Assembly: GCA_041937175.2 (NCBI GenBank)
Contig: CP166615.1
Coordinates: 224,001 to 288,000 of the forward strand
Length of the DNA: 64,000 bases
From: Limnothrix sp. BL-A-16
GTDB taxonomy: Bacteria > Cyanobacteriota > Cyanobacteriia > CACIAM-69d
Direction of reading: 5' to 3'
In this document: piece after piece, positions 39,509 through 50,243 of the stretch
Layout of the letters: the number at the start of each line of letters is the position of its first letter
How positions within the stretch are numbered: the stretch's first letter is position 1
The notes under the pieces: model-generated
What the model saw: the letters and a program-made list of their open reading frames with translations, nothing else
Database searches by the model: none
What the model was told of the DNA's origin: nothing
Made by a program: the position numbers and the translations under genes

Positions 39509-41596
39509 ATGCCTAATCGTCTGGCCCAAAGTCAAAGTCTTTATCTTCAAAAACACGCCCATAACCCGATCGACTGGTGGCCTTGGTGTGAGGAAGCCCT
39601 GGCCCAGGCGAAACAGGAAAATAAACCGATCTTTTTGTCCATCGGCTATTCCAGTTGCCATTGGTGCACGGTGATGGAGGGTGAGGCCTTTTCAGATCCG
39701 GCGATCGCGGATTACCTGAATGCCAATTTCTTGCCCATTAAGGTCGATCGGGAAGAGCGCCCCGACATCGACAGTATCTATATGCAAGCGCTGCAAATGA
39801 TGATTGCTCAGGGGGGCTGGCCGCTGAATATTTGGCTGGATCCCTACGATTTAGTGCCGTTTTATGGGGGAACCTATTTTCCGGTGGAGCCGCGCTACGG
39901 CCGGCCAGGATTTTTGCAATTGTTGCAGGCGCTGCGCGATCACTATGACCAACAGCCGGAGCAAGTGGCGCAAATTAAAGGGCAAATTCTGGCAGCCCTG
40001 CAACCCACGGTGGATTTGGCCACGGGGGCTAATTTGTTCGATCGCACTCTGGTGGAGCAAGGTTGGCAGGAAAATGCAGCGGTTTTGGCCGAAGGGCGAT
40101 CGAGCAATCGGTTTCCAATGATTCCCTATGCAGATTTTGTGTTGCGGGGCTATCGGGTCACCAGTCCCGAGCCTTGGAGCGACCAAATTCCAGAAGCCCT
40201 GCGTCCCAGTTTGCAACGGGGGGTGGCCCTGGCCCTGGGCGGCATCAACGACCATGTGGGCGGCGGCTTTCATCGCTACACCGTTGATCCCACCTGGACA
40301 GTGCCCCATTTTGAAAAAATGCTCTACGACAATGGGCAAATCGTGGCGTTTTTGGCGAACCTGTGGAGCGCGGGGGCCCAAGATCCTTCCCTGCGATCGG
40401 GAATTTTTGGGGCGATCGACTGGCTCCGCCGCGAAATGACCAATCCCGACGGCGGCTTCTATGCGGCCCAAGATGCCGACAGCTTCACCGATCCCGCAGC
40501 GGCGGAACCGGAAGAAGGGGCATTTTATGTTTGGGGCTGGGATGAACTGGAATCCCTGTTGGAACCGGAAACCCTCTCGGCATTGGTGGAACAGTTCACA
40601 GTTTCCGTGCCGGGCAACTTTGAGGGTGTGAATGTGTTGCAGCGGCGATCGGGCGGAACCTTGCCGGATGGGGTGACAGCGGCGCTCGATCGCCTGTTCA
40701 CGGTGCGTTACGGCCAGCCCCGCGCCCAGTTGGCCCAATTTCCGCCCGCCCGCAACGCTACCGAGGCCAAAACCGTCGCTTGGCCCGGTCGCATTCCCGC
40801 TGTCACCGACACCAAGGCGATCGCCGCTTGGAATGGCCTGATGATTGCCGGGCTGGCCCGGGCGGCCGCTGTGTTTCAGGACTTGGCCGCCTACCAATTA
40901 GCGGCCCGAGCGGCCCGCTTTTTGCAGACTCATCACAACTCGGGCGATCGCTTCTATCGGCTGAACTACGACGGGCAACCGGCGATCGGGGCCCAAGCGG
41001 AAGACTATGCCGAAGTGATTCGCGGCTTGCTGGAACTGCACCAGGCCGCAACGGCCCTGATCGCCACGGGGCAAATTTCCCCCTCAGAAGCGGATCCGTG
41101 GCTGGACTGGGCGACCCAACTACAAACGGAATTTGATCAGTACCTGTGGGATGCCGACCAGGGTGGATATTTCAACGCGGACGATCGCCCGGATTTAATC
41201 ATTCGCGAGCGGAGCATCATCGACAACGCCACCCCCGCCGCCAACGGCACAGCCCTGGGCAACTTGGTACGCCTGGCCCTGCTCACGGAGAATCTGACCT
41301 ATCTTGATCGCGCTGAACAGGGCTTTCGCAGTTTCCATCGTTTCTTAAGCGAGCACCCTCGCGCTTGTCCCAGTTTGCTGGCAGCCTTGGATCAGTTCCA
41401 GCGGCCCGTGCTGGTGCGGGCCAAGGCGGAAACCCTGGCCCTCTTGGCCCAGCAATATTTGCCGACTACGGTTTTGCGGTTGGATGAGCAATTACCGCAA
41501 GGGGCGATCGCCCTGGTGTGCAAAGGGCTAACCTGCCTGCCTGCCGCCACGGATCAAGCTCAACTCTGGTCTCTGTTGAAACAATGCCAGGGGTAG
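39509..41596 (+). CDS. Thioredoxin-domain protein, YyaL/SSP411 family
   Basis: [34 protein letters not shown]. Confidence 0.92.
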   Translation: MPNRLAQSQSLYLQKHAHNPIDWWPWCEEALAQAKQENKPIFLSIGYSSCHWCTVMEGEAFSDPAIADYLNANFLPIKVDREERPDIDSIYMQALQMMIAQGGWPLNIWLDPYDLVPFYGGTYFPVEPRYGRPGFLQLLQALRDHYDQQPEQVAQIKGQILAALQPTVDLATGANLFDRTLVEQGWQENAAVLAEGRSSNRFPMIPYADFVLRGYRVTSPEPWSDQIPEALRPSLQRGVALALGGINDHVGGGFHRYTVDPTWTVPHFEKMLYDNGQIVAFLANLWSAGAQDPSLRSGIFGAIDWLRREMTNPDGGFYAAQDADSFTDPAAAEPEEGAFYVWGWDELESLLEPETLSALVEQFTVSVPGNFEGVNVLQRRSGGTLPDGVTAALDRLFTVRYGQPRAQLAQFPPARNATEAKTVAWPGRIPAVTDTKAIAAWNGLMIAGLARAAAVFQDLAAYQLAARAARFLQTHHNSGDRFYRLNYDGQPAIGAQAEDYAEVIRGLLELHQAATALIATGQISPSEADPWLDWATQLQTEFDQYLWDADQGGYFNADDRPDLIIRERSIIDNATPAANGTALGNLVRLALLTENLTYLDRAEQGFRSFHRFLSEHPRACPSLLAALDQFQRPVLVRAKAETLALLAQQYLPTTVLRLDEQLPQGAIALVCKGLTCLPAATDQAQLWSLLKQCQG

Positions 41597-41699
41597 GCTC
41601 ATGGCGGCTGATCCCAGCTCGCCGGGCTGATGGCCGGTTGCCAAATCGCCCGAAACTCGGATTCCACTTCTAGCGAGTCGTGAGGAGCAAGGGGCTTAG

Positions 41700-41840
41700 G
41701 GCCTGTCGTCAAATCGCCTGAAACCCTAGATCTGCCGTTAGCGGATCGTGGGGGACAAGGGGCTTAAGCCCCTTGTCTAGGTCAGTTAGGGGCTGGAAGA
41801 TCAACGGGTTTTGCTTGATCCCAGCTTGTGACGACAGATC
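41700..41840. mobile_element. MITE family B copy, adjoining a decayed half copy (41642-41699)
   Basis: GGCCTGTCGTCAAATCGCC...TGACGACAGATC; palindrome 41754-41777; flanks TTAG/TTGG. Confidence 0.75.
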
Positions 41841-41870
41841 TTGGGGGCCATGCTTGCGATCGAACCAGTC

Positions 41871-42368
41871 CTAGCGATTCAGGTATTTCATTGCCAAGCC
41901 CATCAAATCCGACATATCAATATCCCCATCCCCGTCGCCATCTAAATAGCCACTGAGCAGCGAATTGCCTTGCTCGTTGGACTTTAAAAAGTTCAGCATC
42001 AGGGGTACAGCCATCGGCAAAACCGGTTCGATCGACCCGGCGGGCAGCCCCGTGCGGGCCTCGATTTCCCCTAGCATTTGTTCCACTTGGGGTTGATCCA
42101 AAAACGCCGCGATCGCCGCCGCATTCGGTTCTGTGCCGCCCAATTGATCAACCAATGCCTGGGTTTGCTCAAAACCATTGGCCGCCTGGTTAGCCTGCAA
42201 GCCCCCTTTCAAATATTTCGCCACAATTCCCATCACCGCTTGGGTGTTGGCCAAGTCCAACCCCCCTTGGCTGCTGATCGCTTGGAAGGTTTGCAACATG
42301 GCTCCCAAATCCCCGGAACCACCGGCCAGGGCAGGGTTTTTCAGCAGGGAAGACAACATATCCAACAT
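41871..42368 (-). CDS. DUF937-like hypothetical protein with C-terminal EF-hand-like motif
   Basis: Helical protein ending LDGDGDGDIDMSD; GAGGA upstream of 42368. Confidence 0.65.
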   Translation of the reverse strand: MLDMLSSLLKNPALAGGSGDLGAMLQTFQAISSQGGLDLANTQAVMGIVAKYLKGGLQANQAANGFEQTQALVDQLGGTEPNAAAIAAFLDQPQVEQMLGEIEARTGLPAGSIEPVLPMAVPLMLNFLKSNEQGNSLLSGYLDGDGDGDIDMSDLMGLAMKYLNR

Positions 42369-42528
42369 AGTCGAATCCTCAAGTTTTCCAATCAAGATCG
42401 CAAGCAGGCTTTAATTCCCAGGCTTTAATTCCCAGGCTTTGATTTCCATCAACAGCCGTTGATTAACCCCATCGCGACAAAAACAAACAAGGGCAAGGTC
42501 TGTGGAATCCTTGCCCCTGCTGTTGATT

Positions 42529-43047
42529 TTATGCGCGCTTTTGCAATGACTCCAGACGGCGCTTAGCCACATCATTTTTGGGATCGGCCGCCAAGGCTGC
42601 TTCATAGGCTTCCAGGGCTTGCTTCACTAGTTGTTTTTTCTCGTAGGCAAATCCCAAGTTATTCCAGGCGGTCACGTAGCCGCCGTTGAGTTTGACGGCT
42701 TCTTTGTATTGCCGAATGGCCAAATCAAACTGCTCTTGGGCCACGTAGGCAAATCCCAAAGCGTTGTAAACAATGGCCAAGTTATCGGTGGATTCTTCTT
42801 CACCTTTCTTGAGCGATCGCTGGAATTGCTCGATCGCCTGGCCATACATTTTTTTATCCATGTAAATACTGCCCAGTTCATAAAACGCCTGAGCACCTGC
42901 TTCCCCGCTGCTGGCGGCTTTTTGCAAGCGGCTGAGGGTATTTTCTAGGCGACGAGTTTTGAACACCTGACGCAGTACAAAAAAGGCCACGATCGACAGC
43001 AGCCCCACCAAAATTGAAATATAGACAATACCAACTGAGCCTTCCAT
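42529..43047 (-). CDS. ycf37: TPR membrane protein, Ycf37/Pyg7-like
   Basis: N-terminal TM plus three TPRs; downstream of rpmI-rplT. Confidence 0.7.
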   Translation of the reverse strand: MEGSVGIVYISILVGLLSIVAFFVLRQVFKTRRLENTLSRLQKAASSGEAGAQAFYELGSIYMDKKMYGQAIEQFQRSLKKGEEESTDNLAIVYNALGFAYVAQEQFDLAIRQYKEAVKLNGGYVTAWNNLGFAYEKKQLVKQALEAYEAALAADPKNDVAKRRLESLQKRA

Positions 43048-43155
43048 AGGGATTAAAGCAAGAGAATTGAAAGGGGGACTCGTTAATTAAAAAAATTGAA
43101 ATTGCTAGGGCTTGTCGTTGACCAGCGGCTGTATCAATAGCACTACATCAATAGC

Positions 43156-43179
43156 AAAGGGCGCGATCGCCCGCGCCCT
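43156..43179 (-). terminator. Possible terminator after rplT
   Basis: AGGGCGCG...CGCGCCCT hairpin with a short U tail on the minus strand. Confidence 0.45.
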
Positions 43180-43312
43180 CACTATCCAGAAGGATCGATG
43201 TTGCTATCACGCCTGAGCACCACTGGCCATCGCCATCATTTTGCTGAACGAAGTGCTGAATTAAGCTGCGCCCATCGGCTGGATTGATTCGCAAAATCAA
43301 GCGATCGCACCC

Positions 43313-43672
43313 TTAGCCCGCAGCTTTTGCCTTGGCGGCTTCGGCCACCTTGCCAAACACTTCAGGATCCAGAACGGCCAACTGGGCCAGCATTTTCCGG
43401 TTCAACAGAATATCAGCCTTCTTCAGGTTGCCCACCAATTGGCTGTAGCTCGTGCCATTGATCCGAGCAGCAGCGTTGATCCGTGCAATCCACAGGCGAC
43501 GGAAATCGCGCTTGCGGCGGCGGCGATCGCGATAGGCGCTCCGCAGAGCCTTCATCACCTGCTGGTTAGCGGTGCGGAACAGACGCGAGTGGGAACCACG
43601 GAAGCCCTTGGCGAGCTTCAGAATCTTTTTGCGGCGTTTGCGAGCAACATTGCCGCGCTTAACACGTGCCAT
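43313..43672 (-). CDS. rplT: 50S ribosomal protein L20
   Basis: [34 protein letters not shown]. Confidence 0.98.
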   Translation of the reverse strand: MARVKRGNVARKRRKKILKLAKGFRGSHSRLFRTANQQVMKALRSAYRDRRRRKRDFRRLWIARINAAARINGTSYSQLVGNLKKADILLNRKMLAQLAVLDPEVFGKVAEAAKAKAAG

Positions 43673-43798
43673 AGGGGTTAACTTTGCTTGAAACTAAAGC
43701 AATACAGAAAAACAAGGGAAAAGCGAGGAAACGCTAATCAAGATAGCGGCGACCAGCGGTGACATCCTCCCCAGGCGAGAGCTGCGGGGATGTTGTGC

Positions 43799-43996
43799 TT
43801 AGAGATAAGGCAACATGAGTTGCACGTTTTCTGCATCGCGCTCGTGCACCAGGGCTGCACCGGCCAAACGACGCTTACGAACAGCGCTCTTCTTTTCTAG
43901 AAGGTGGCTACGCAGGGCGCTCCGGCGGGCAAATTTACCGCTACCGGTCTTGCGAAAGCGCTTGGCGGCAGCTTTGCGAGTTTTGAGTTTAGGCAT
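43799..43996 (-). CDS. rpmI: 50S ribosomal protein L35
   Basis: [14 protein letters not shown]...HLLEKKS...MLPYL. Confidence 0.97.
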   Translation of the reverse strand: MPKLKTRKAAAKRFRKTGSGKFARRSALRSHLLEKKSAVRKRRLAGAALVHERDAENVQLMLPYL

Positions 43997-44153
43997 GGAC
44001 TTACCTCGGGGTTGGGCGCGTGGTTGGCGCGATTTCAAATCCTATCACTGCTAGCCCCATTGCGTAAATGATCAACCTATGCGGTCAAGGGGGCGCTGGG
44101 GGCGATGAAGCCTCCGAGGTCGATCGCGCTAATTGGTTGAAGGGTAACAGGGT

Positions 44154-44390
44154 CTAGGGTTCGTCGCTGGCCATGTCGTCGTCATCATCCAGCTCGTAGC
44201 CCGTTTCTTCGCCCACGAGCATATCGGCGATTTCTTCGTCGCGCTCGTTGTACTCAAAGTCCCGTTCATCGCGATCGCGCAGCCGACCTGATGATTCCAG
44301 CCAGTCCAAGATCGAAGCGTTGGTTTGGGCCGGGATCACGCCCGCACGAGCACGGCGCGGTTCTTCACGCAAAGCAGGAGTGTTCATCAA
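44154..44390 (-). CDS. DUF3134-like small acidic protein
   Basis: PALREEPR...SILDWLESSGRL, acidic tail. Confidence 0.7.
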   Translation of the reverse strand: MMNTPALREEPRRARAGVIPAQTNASILDWLESSGRLRDRDERDFEYNERDEEIADMLVGEETGYELDDDDDMASDEP

Positions 44391-44538
44391 TAGTTTAGGG
44401 ATAGGTTGCTAGCGATATGGTTGAGAGGGGATTGGACCGGTTGGGCTGGAAGCGGATCCTAGTGTTTCCACAAGAGGCCTCCCCTGTCAAGTGTGCCACG
44501 ATCGCTCCGCCGCGTCCTACTGGATTGTTGAATTCATC

Positions 44539-45126
44539 ATGCTGGGAAAATCAGATTTGCTTGCGGCCCTGGTGGGTCAAAACTTGGGCTTAAAGACCAC
44601 GACCTCCGACAAGGCGGCTATTTTGGCGCTGATCACGCGGCTGGAGGAACGCAACCCAACTCCATACCCGATCGAGCAGCCGGCTAAGCTCGCGGGCGAT
44701 TGGCAACTGCTTTACACCACCAGTCGAGAACTCTTGGGCATTGATCGCCCTCCGATCGCCAATTTGGGCGCGATTTATCAATGCATTCGCCCCGATCGGC
44801 AAACCATCTATAACTTGGCGGAACTCAACAACAACTTCCCTTGGCTGGAGGGCTATGTGGCGGTGGCGGCCCGGTTTGAGGCCCTGTCGGCGGTGCGGGT
44901 GGCGGTGCGGTTTCAGCGCATTGTGGTGGGTTCCCAGCGCCTAGCGAACTATCGCCAAATTACCGATTGGGTCGATCGGGCTGAACAGGGCGATCAGTTT
45001 CGATCTCTGAATTTCACCCTCAACCCTGTCCAGCAACAGGGTTGGTTAGATGTGACCTATCTGGATGATGATTTGCGAATTGGTCGGGGCAATGAAGGAA
45101 GCGTGTTTGTGCTGCGGCGAGTCTAG
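44539..45126 (+). CDS. PAP/fibrillin family protein
   Basis: LEERNPTP, LAGDWQLLYTT, WLDVTYLDDDLRIGRGNEGSVFV. Confidence 0.9.
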   Translation: MLGKSDLLAALVGQNLGLKTTTSDKAAILALITRLEERNPTPYPIEQPAKLAGDWQLLYTTSRELLGIDRPPIANLGAIYQCIRPDRQTIYNLAELNNNFPWLEGYVAVAARFEALSAVRVAVRFQRIVVGSQRLANYRQITDWVDRAEQGDQFRSLNFTLNPVQQQGWLDVTYLDDDLRIGRGNEGSVFVLRRV

Positions 45127-45154
45127 GTTTTTTGCCCCAAGGGTTAAGCAACAG

Positions 45155-46240
45155 CTATTCACTCAAGCGGCTCGATCGCTCCGTGCTGCGCGGATCCAAT
45201 GCATCCCGTAGTCCGTCACCCAACAGGTTAAAGGACAACACCGTCAGCACCACCGCGATCGCCGGGGGCCAAACCAACCAAGGCTGCAAGGTCAAAATCG
45301 AAGCATTGGTTCCCAACGACAGCAGATTGCCCCAGGAAGGATCCGGCTGCTGAATCCCCAGGCCCACCAAGCTCAACACCGATTCCGCCACAATAAAACT
45401 CGGCACGGCTAAGGTCGCGGAAATAATCGTGTAGGTGGCCGTTTGGGGCAACACATGCAACACCACAATGCGTAGGGTTCCTGCTCCCATGGCTCGGGCC
45501 GCCTGCACGAAGGGCCGCTCCTTGATAGACAACACCTGACCGCGAATTACCCGTGCCAGCCCCGACCAACTGATGAATGAGGTGATCGCCACAATCAGGA
45601 AGAACCGCTGGGCACTGCTGAGACCGGGGGGCAAGACGGCGGCCAAAGCCACCAGCAGGTAAATGCCCGGAATGGTCATCAGCACTTCCGTGAGCCGCAT
45701 GATTGTGCTGTCAATCCAGCCGCCAAAGTAGCCGGAAATGCCGCCAACCAACAGCCCGATCGGGAAGGAAATCGCAATTCCCACCAGCCCAATGCTGAGG
45801 CTGATGCGGCTGCCATAGACCAAGCGACTGAACTGATCGCGCCCTTGCTCATCGGTTCCCAACAAATTCCAGCGCCCGGGCCCATCGGTGCCAAATAGAT
45901 GCCGTCGAGCGGGAATCAATCCCCAAAGGTGGTATTCAGGGCCCGTCGTCAACAGGCGCAATCGGGAAGGCTGCGATCGATCCACCCGCAAGGGGCGATC
46001 GCCCGTCTGCAAATCCGTCGCCCCCAACGTTGTGGGATAAACATGGGGCCCCAAAAACTGCCCAGCTTGATCCTGCCAATGAATCACCGTGGGTGGCAGC
46101 AGGGCCCCCTGCGCTTGGACGCTGTAGGGGTCATAGGGAGCCACAAACTCCGCAAACAGGGCAACGGTGTAAAGCAATCCGAGCACGATCGCGCCCCAGC
46201 GTGCCAGCGGACTTCCCTTCAGCTTTTGCCACCATTTCAT
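45155..46240 (-). CDS. Peptide ABC transporter permease (OppC/DppC-like)
   Basis: LGTDEQGRDQFSRL, FVQAARAMGA, NLLGDGLRDALDP. Confidence 0.92.
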   Translation of the reverse strand: MKWWQKLKGSPLARWGAIVLGLLYTVALFAEFVAPYDPYSVQAQGALLPPTVIHWQDQAGQFLGPHVYPTTLGATDLQTGDRPLRVDRSQPSRLRLLTTGPEYHLWGLIPARRHLFGTDGPGRWNLLGTDEQGRDQFSRLVYGSRISLSIGLVGIAISFPIGLLVGGISGYFGGWIDSTIMRLTEVLMTIPGIYLLVALAAVLPPGLSSAQRFFLIVAITSFISWSGLARVIRGQVLSIKERPFVQAARAMGAGTLRIVVLHVLPQTATYTIISATLAVPSFIVAESVLSLVGLGIQQPDPSWGNLLSLGTNASILTLQPWLVWPPAIAVVLTVLSFNLLGDGLRDALDPRSTERSSRLSE

Positions 46241-46376
46241 CGTTACGGAGGCCCCTTAGAATGTTAAGAAATGAATCTGTGCTGACCAATTTTAACTGAC
46301 CAGCCCCAGCGGGTTTTCCCGGCCGTCCGGCGCTGCCCAGCCTCACCGCCTTGATCGCCCCATTTTTCCTTCCCCT

Positions 46377-47165
46377 ATGACCGCTTCCTCTGACCTCGAC
46401 CAGCCCCACATCACCCCGCCGGCCATGCCGTTGCCCGAGCCGATCGACCCCAATGATGAGCTGCCCGATGAAGTGGAAATGTCCCTTTTTGAGCACCTAG
46501 AGGAGTTGCGATCGCGCCTCTTTGCGGCCTTGGGGGTGGTGGCGTTGGCGATGGGCGTTTGCTTCGTCTTTGTTCGGCCGATCGTGCGGCTGTTGGAAGC
46601 GCCGGCCAATGGGGTGAAGTTCCTGCAACTGACACCCGGTGAATTTTTCTTTGTTTCGATCGAGGTCACTGGCTACTCGGGCTTGCTGCTGGCAACCCCC
46701 TATATCCTTTACCAGATCATTCAGTTCGTTCTGCCCGGCCTCACCCGGCGCGAGCGACGGTTGGTGCTGCCCGCCGTTGTTGGCTCCAGCGTCCTGTTCA
46801 TCATGGGGCTAGTGTTTGGCTACCAAGCCCTTGTGCCAGCGGCCCTCAACTTCTTCGTGAGCTATGGCGGCGATGTGGTCGAACAGGCCTGGTCGATCGA
46901 GAAATACTTTAAATTTGTGCTGCTTTTGCTCTTCAGCACGGCCCTCACCTTCCAAATACCCGTTTTGCAAGTGATGCTGGGTTTATTGGGCGTGGTTTCC
47001 TCCGGGCAAATGCTGGCGGGGTGGCGCTACGTGTTGTTGGGCGCGGTGATCCTGGGCGCGGTGCTGACTCCCTCCACCGATCCCCTGACCCAGGGACTCT
47101 TGAGTGGTGCAGTCCTTGGCTTGTACTTCAGTGGTGTTGGGGTGTTGCGCTTGCTGGGTCGTTAA
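46377..47165 (+). CDS. tatC: Twin-arginine translocase subunit TatC
   Basis: MSLFEHLEELRSRL, LTPSTDP, six TMs. Confidence 0.95.
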   Translation: MTASSDLDQPHITPPAMPLPEPIDPNDELPDEVEMSLFEHLEELRSRLFAALGVVALAMGVCFVFVRPIVRLLEAPANGVKFLQLTPGEFFFVSIEVTGYSGLLLATPYILYQIIQFVLPGLTRRERRLVLPAVVGSSVLFIMGLVFGYQALVPAALNFFVSYGGDVVEQAWSIEKYFKFVLLLLFSTALTFQIPVLQVMLGLLGVVSSGQMLAGWRYVLLGAVILGAVLTPSTDPLTQGLLSGAVLGLYFSGVGVLRLLGR

Positions 47166-47261
47166 TTGGGTCGTGAATTGGGGTCTTGATTCTGTCGGGG
47201 TATTTCCCCTGCGCTCCACGTTGAGGGCCGCCCATTTTGCGAGGAGCCTAAAAAAAGCGAC

Positions 47262-47801
47262 CTAAAAAAGCTGATTTACCAGACTTTCCAAGTTCACGTA
47301 GGGTTGACCGCCCGATTCCTGTACCGGGTTGCCGCTGCTGAGAACGCGCGTGTTGAATAGTCGCTCCAACACTTCACGGGGATCGTTCGATCGGCGGTTG
47401 GTTTGGCTGAGGGTAAAAAGCACGTTGTTGCGATTGCAGCCCGATCGCATGTTGCCCACACTACAAACCACCGTGTGACTATTCACCCGGCCCACGGTTA
47501 AGTAGATATTACTGAGGCGATTACCGTTCTCTCGCAGCACACCGTTTAACCGGCTGGTGACTTCGCCGCAACGGCGCTGGGGGGTGTAGCCCGCATCGCT
47601 AAATTCTTCACTGGTCCAGGCAATGACCGGAGCTGTGCGCCCGTTGCGCTGAACGGCCACGGTGGCGTAATAGCCATTGACCTGTTGGCATTGGAAGGAG
47701 GCTAAGGATTTAATTGCACCGGCTCTGGCGGTTTCGGCGGTCATCCAAGGCAGGTTGAGGGCCACTAAACCAGCGATCGCCCATTTCATAGCTGACTTCA
47801 T
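47262..47801 (-). CDS. COP23 domain secreted protein
   Basis: Signal peptide, FQC, IAWTSEEFSDAGYTPQRRCGEVTSRL, VVC, VLFTL. Confidence 0.8.
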   Translation of the reverse strand: MKSAMKWAIAGLVALNLPWMTAETARAGAIKSLASFQCQQVNGYYATVAVQRNGRTAPVIAWTSEEFSDAGYTPQRRCGEVTSRLNGVLRENGNRLSNIYLTVGRVNSHTVVCSVGNMRSGCNRNNVLFTLSQTNRRSNDPREVLERLFNTRVLSSGNPVQESGGQPYVNLESLVNQLF

Positions 47802-47910
47802 CGAAAACTCCTGGGTCTAAAACCCCGTACTGTGAGGATGACTTGGCGTTAAGTTTGACTGTATACCGAGGAATATTCGGGCATTCAAGTCTGTGGAGCG
47901 AACAGCAAAC
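47802..47910 (+). mobile_element. Degenerate IS605/TnpB-derived relic (left end plus tnpB-tail-like sequence)
   Basis: TCAT then CGAAAA...TGGGTCTAAAACCCCG, and AGTCTGTGGAGC, both shared with the element at 63527-63721; right boundary unclear. Confidence 0.6.
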
Positions 47911-48136
47911 CGTAGCTCTTTGGGATCAGGTCAGAACATTGGATGGCTTACGAAGCGCCATGACTGAGGGGTATTGGCTGAGAGCAGCGGGGTTCGGCAC
48001 TGCATGAGCAGCACCGCATGAACGGCATGTCGTTGATAGTTCTTCCGACGTGCTAAAACCCCAAAAAGCTCCCAGGGATCTTAAAACTGGGGCCTCAAAA
48101 TCCAAAGGACAGCGGCTTATGGTCACAGATCCCTAA

Positions 48137-48267
48137 GAGGATGTCTGAAAAGCCAAAATTGCTACTCTGTCCGCTCCAGTGCTCGACTTAGACAAGGGGC
48201 TTGAGCATCTTGCCCCCACAACTATGGGTGTTTGGCACAGGCCAAAAGATACTTTTCAAACATCCTC
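48137..48267. mobile_element. MITE family A (131 bp), opposite orientation to 3740-3870
   Basis: GAGGATGTCTGAAAAG...CTTTTCAAACATCCTC; TAA at 48134-36 and 48268-70; degenerate internal palindrome. Confidence 0.85.
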
Positions 48268-48374
48268 TAACGCGATCGACTCTTGAGTAAAGCGAGGAAG
48301 CAACTTAATCAAAAGAATCGGCAAAACACCACAGGGGCGCAATGCCGATCCGAGGGCTGTTCAGTTGGGGCCGC

Positions 48375-49022
48375 CTATTCGATGATCAGAGCGCGATCGA
48401 CCACCGATCGCGGTGTTTGACCGGGGGGCGAAGCGGCCGGTTCCGTGGGGGCCAGCGTTGGTGATTGGCTAGACAAGGCCAGGGACTGCTCAGGAGTCGA
48501 TCGATAGCTCGCCATTTGCCAGCTCGGTTCCTGCCATCCCGTGCTGATGGAAGCCAAGGCCGCCGTCACCACCGCCGCAATTGCGGAGCCACCAACCCAT
48601 TGCAGGCGCTGTTTCCGGCGATCGAGCTTGGCCAACACGCCTTGCACCGTTTGCTCGATCGGGGCCGCAGCGGGCACTGGGATCTGAGTGATCGATCGAC
48701 TCAAACCACCCATCGTCCTAAAAACCTGTTGCACCGCTGAATCCTTGGCCAACCAGGCTTCAACCCGTTGCCGCTCTTCAGAGGTGACTTCATCATCCAG
48801 ATAAGCACTGAGCAGCTCAAACTGCTCAAGACTGATTTGAGAACCCGAACCCCAAGATTCCGTAATCGCAGGATCGGAGTCTTGGTCGAGGTAATCCCGT
48901 TCTAGGCGATCGCCGTCTAGGTCTTGGTTGAGGCTGCGATCAGAATCCGATGCCGCAACCCGAGACCAGAACGCTTCGGACCAATCAGGGTCTTGTCCAT
49001 GGGGACGCATTTCAGAAGTCAT
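48375..49022 (-). CDS. Anti-sigma factor (transmembrane)
   Basis: FELLSAYLDDEVTSEERQRVEAWL, one TM; downstream of ECF sigma. Confidence 0.8.
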   Translation of the reverse strand: MTSEMRPHGQDPDWSEAFWSRVAASDSDRSLNQDLDGDRLERDYLDQDSDPAITESWGSGSQISLEQFELLSAYLDDEVTSEERQRVEAWLAKDSAVQQVFRTMGGLSRSITQIPVPAAAPIEQTVQGVLAKLDRRKQRLQWVGGSAIAAVVTAALASISTGWQEPSWQMASYRSTPEQSLALSSQSPTLAPTEPAASPPGQTPRSVVDRALIIE

Positions 49023-49393
49023 AGCAGCACCACAGCCCTTAACAAACCAATCACAACAGCACTCGCGACACACCGTTCAATCACACACGACCCGGGAACC
49101 TGCTAATTGGTTCCAGCTTTAGTCTAAATCTTTAGGAACCGAGATTTCTACCCTGAAACTCTTTCAATGATCAGCATTTGATCGCTGATTTCCTGATGAC
49201 TTCGCTTGGTTTTTTCTTGGGTGCTTGGCAAGTTCTGATTGGAACATCCAAGTAACCGGAAATCTACCGACTTAAACCGACTCCTGGGTATACGGAGTAG
49301 CGAATATAACCTCAAGCTTTTCCGCAATTCAGACCCCAATTCAAGCCCCAATTCAAACCACTGACTTAATCCATTGGGATCAGTGACTCAGCG

Positions 49394-50050
49394 CTAGTGA
49401 CTGAGGTAATTTTGCAGTTGCGTTTGCAAGCGGGCCCGGGCCCGGGCAATGCGCGATTTCACAGTGCCCAATGAAACCCCGGTCATTTCTGCAATTTGCT
49501 CGTAAGGCAAATCTTCAATTTCCCGCAGAATGATCGTGGTGCGGAAGGCTTCAGGCAAATCGGCGATCGCCTCTCGCAGCTTTTCATAGAACTCTTGCGA
49601 AGAAAGGTTTTCCTCGGGGCTGGGGTCGGGGGAGGCAATTTCCCAATCCAGTTCGCCATCGTCCAGTTGCCGCGTGGCATCTAAGGAGACGGGGGCCCGA
49701 TCGCGCTTCCGTTTGCGCAATTCGTCATAGAACAAATTGGTGGCAATACGGCTCAACCAGCCCCGGAACTTTTCTGGCTCCTTGAGGCGGTGGAGGTGGC
49801 GATAGACCCGTAACCAAACCTCCTGCGCAAGGTCTGCCCGATCGGACCAGTCCGGCGCAAGGTGATACAGCACGCGATCCACATGGGGCTGGTAGCGCCG
49901 CAGCAGTTCTGAAAAAGCAGCGCGATCGGGCTGCAAGCCTGCTTGGCAACGCAGCACCAAATCAGCGCTTGATAACTTCTGAGGCGGCACAGGCGTTTGG
50001 GGCAAGGCGGCCTCGATCTTGGACCAGGGCACGGGCGGGGAGTAGCTCAT
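49394..50050 (-). CDS. sigG: ECF RNA polymerase sigma factor SigG-like
   Basis: DLAQEVWLRV, WLSRIATNLFYDELRKR, GVSLGTVKSRIARAR. Confidence 0.85.
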   Translation of the reverse strand: MSYSPPVPWSKIEAALPQTPVPPQKLSSADLVLRCQAGLQPDRAAFSELLRRYQPHVDRVLYHLAPDWSDRADLAQEVWLRVYRHLHRLKEPEKFRGWLSRIATNLFYDELRKRKRDRAPVSLDATRQLDDGELDWEIASPDPSPEENLSSQEFYEKLREAIADLPEAFRTTIILREIEDLPYEQIAEMTGVSLGTVKSRIARARARLQTQLQNYLSH

Positions 50051-50243
50051 ACGCGCATCTGGGTTGATGGATATCCCATGCTTTCCAGACGCAGGGGTGG
50101 TCTTCAGAGTTCCTGGCTTAAGGATTTTGCGATCGCTCGGGTCTAAAATCACCCGTTCTGGCGCAAGCTTTGGCGGCTAGCGGCAACCCGTCGCTGGGCT
50201 GGGAACCGGCAGCGACGGGCAAAACGAATTGAATAACCGGGGT

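Noticed and set aside
43105..43120. Additional MITE family B end (CTAGGGCTTGTCGTTG)
   Set aside because: Single short match with no partner end
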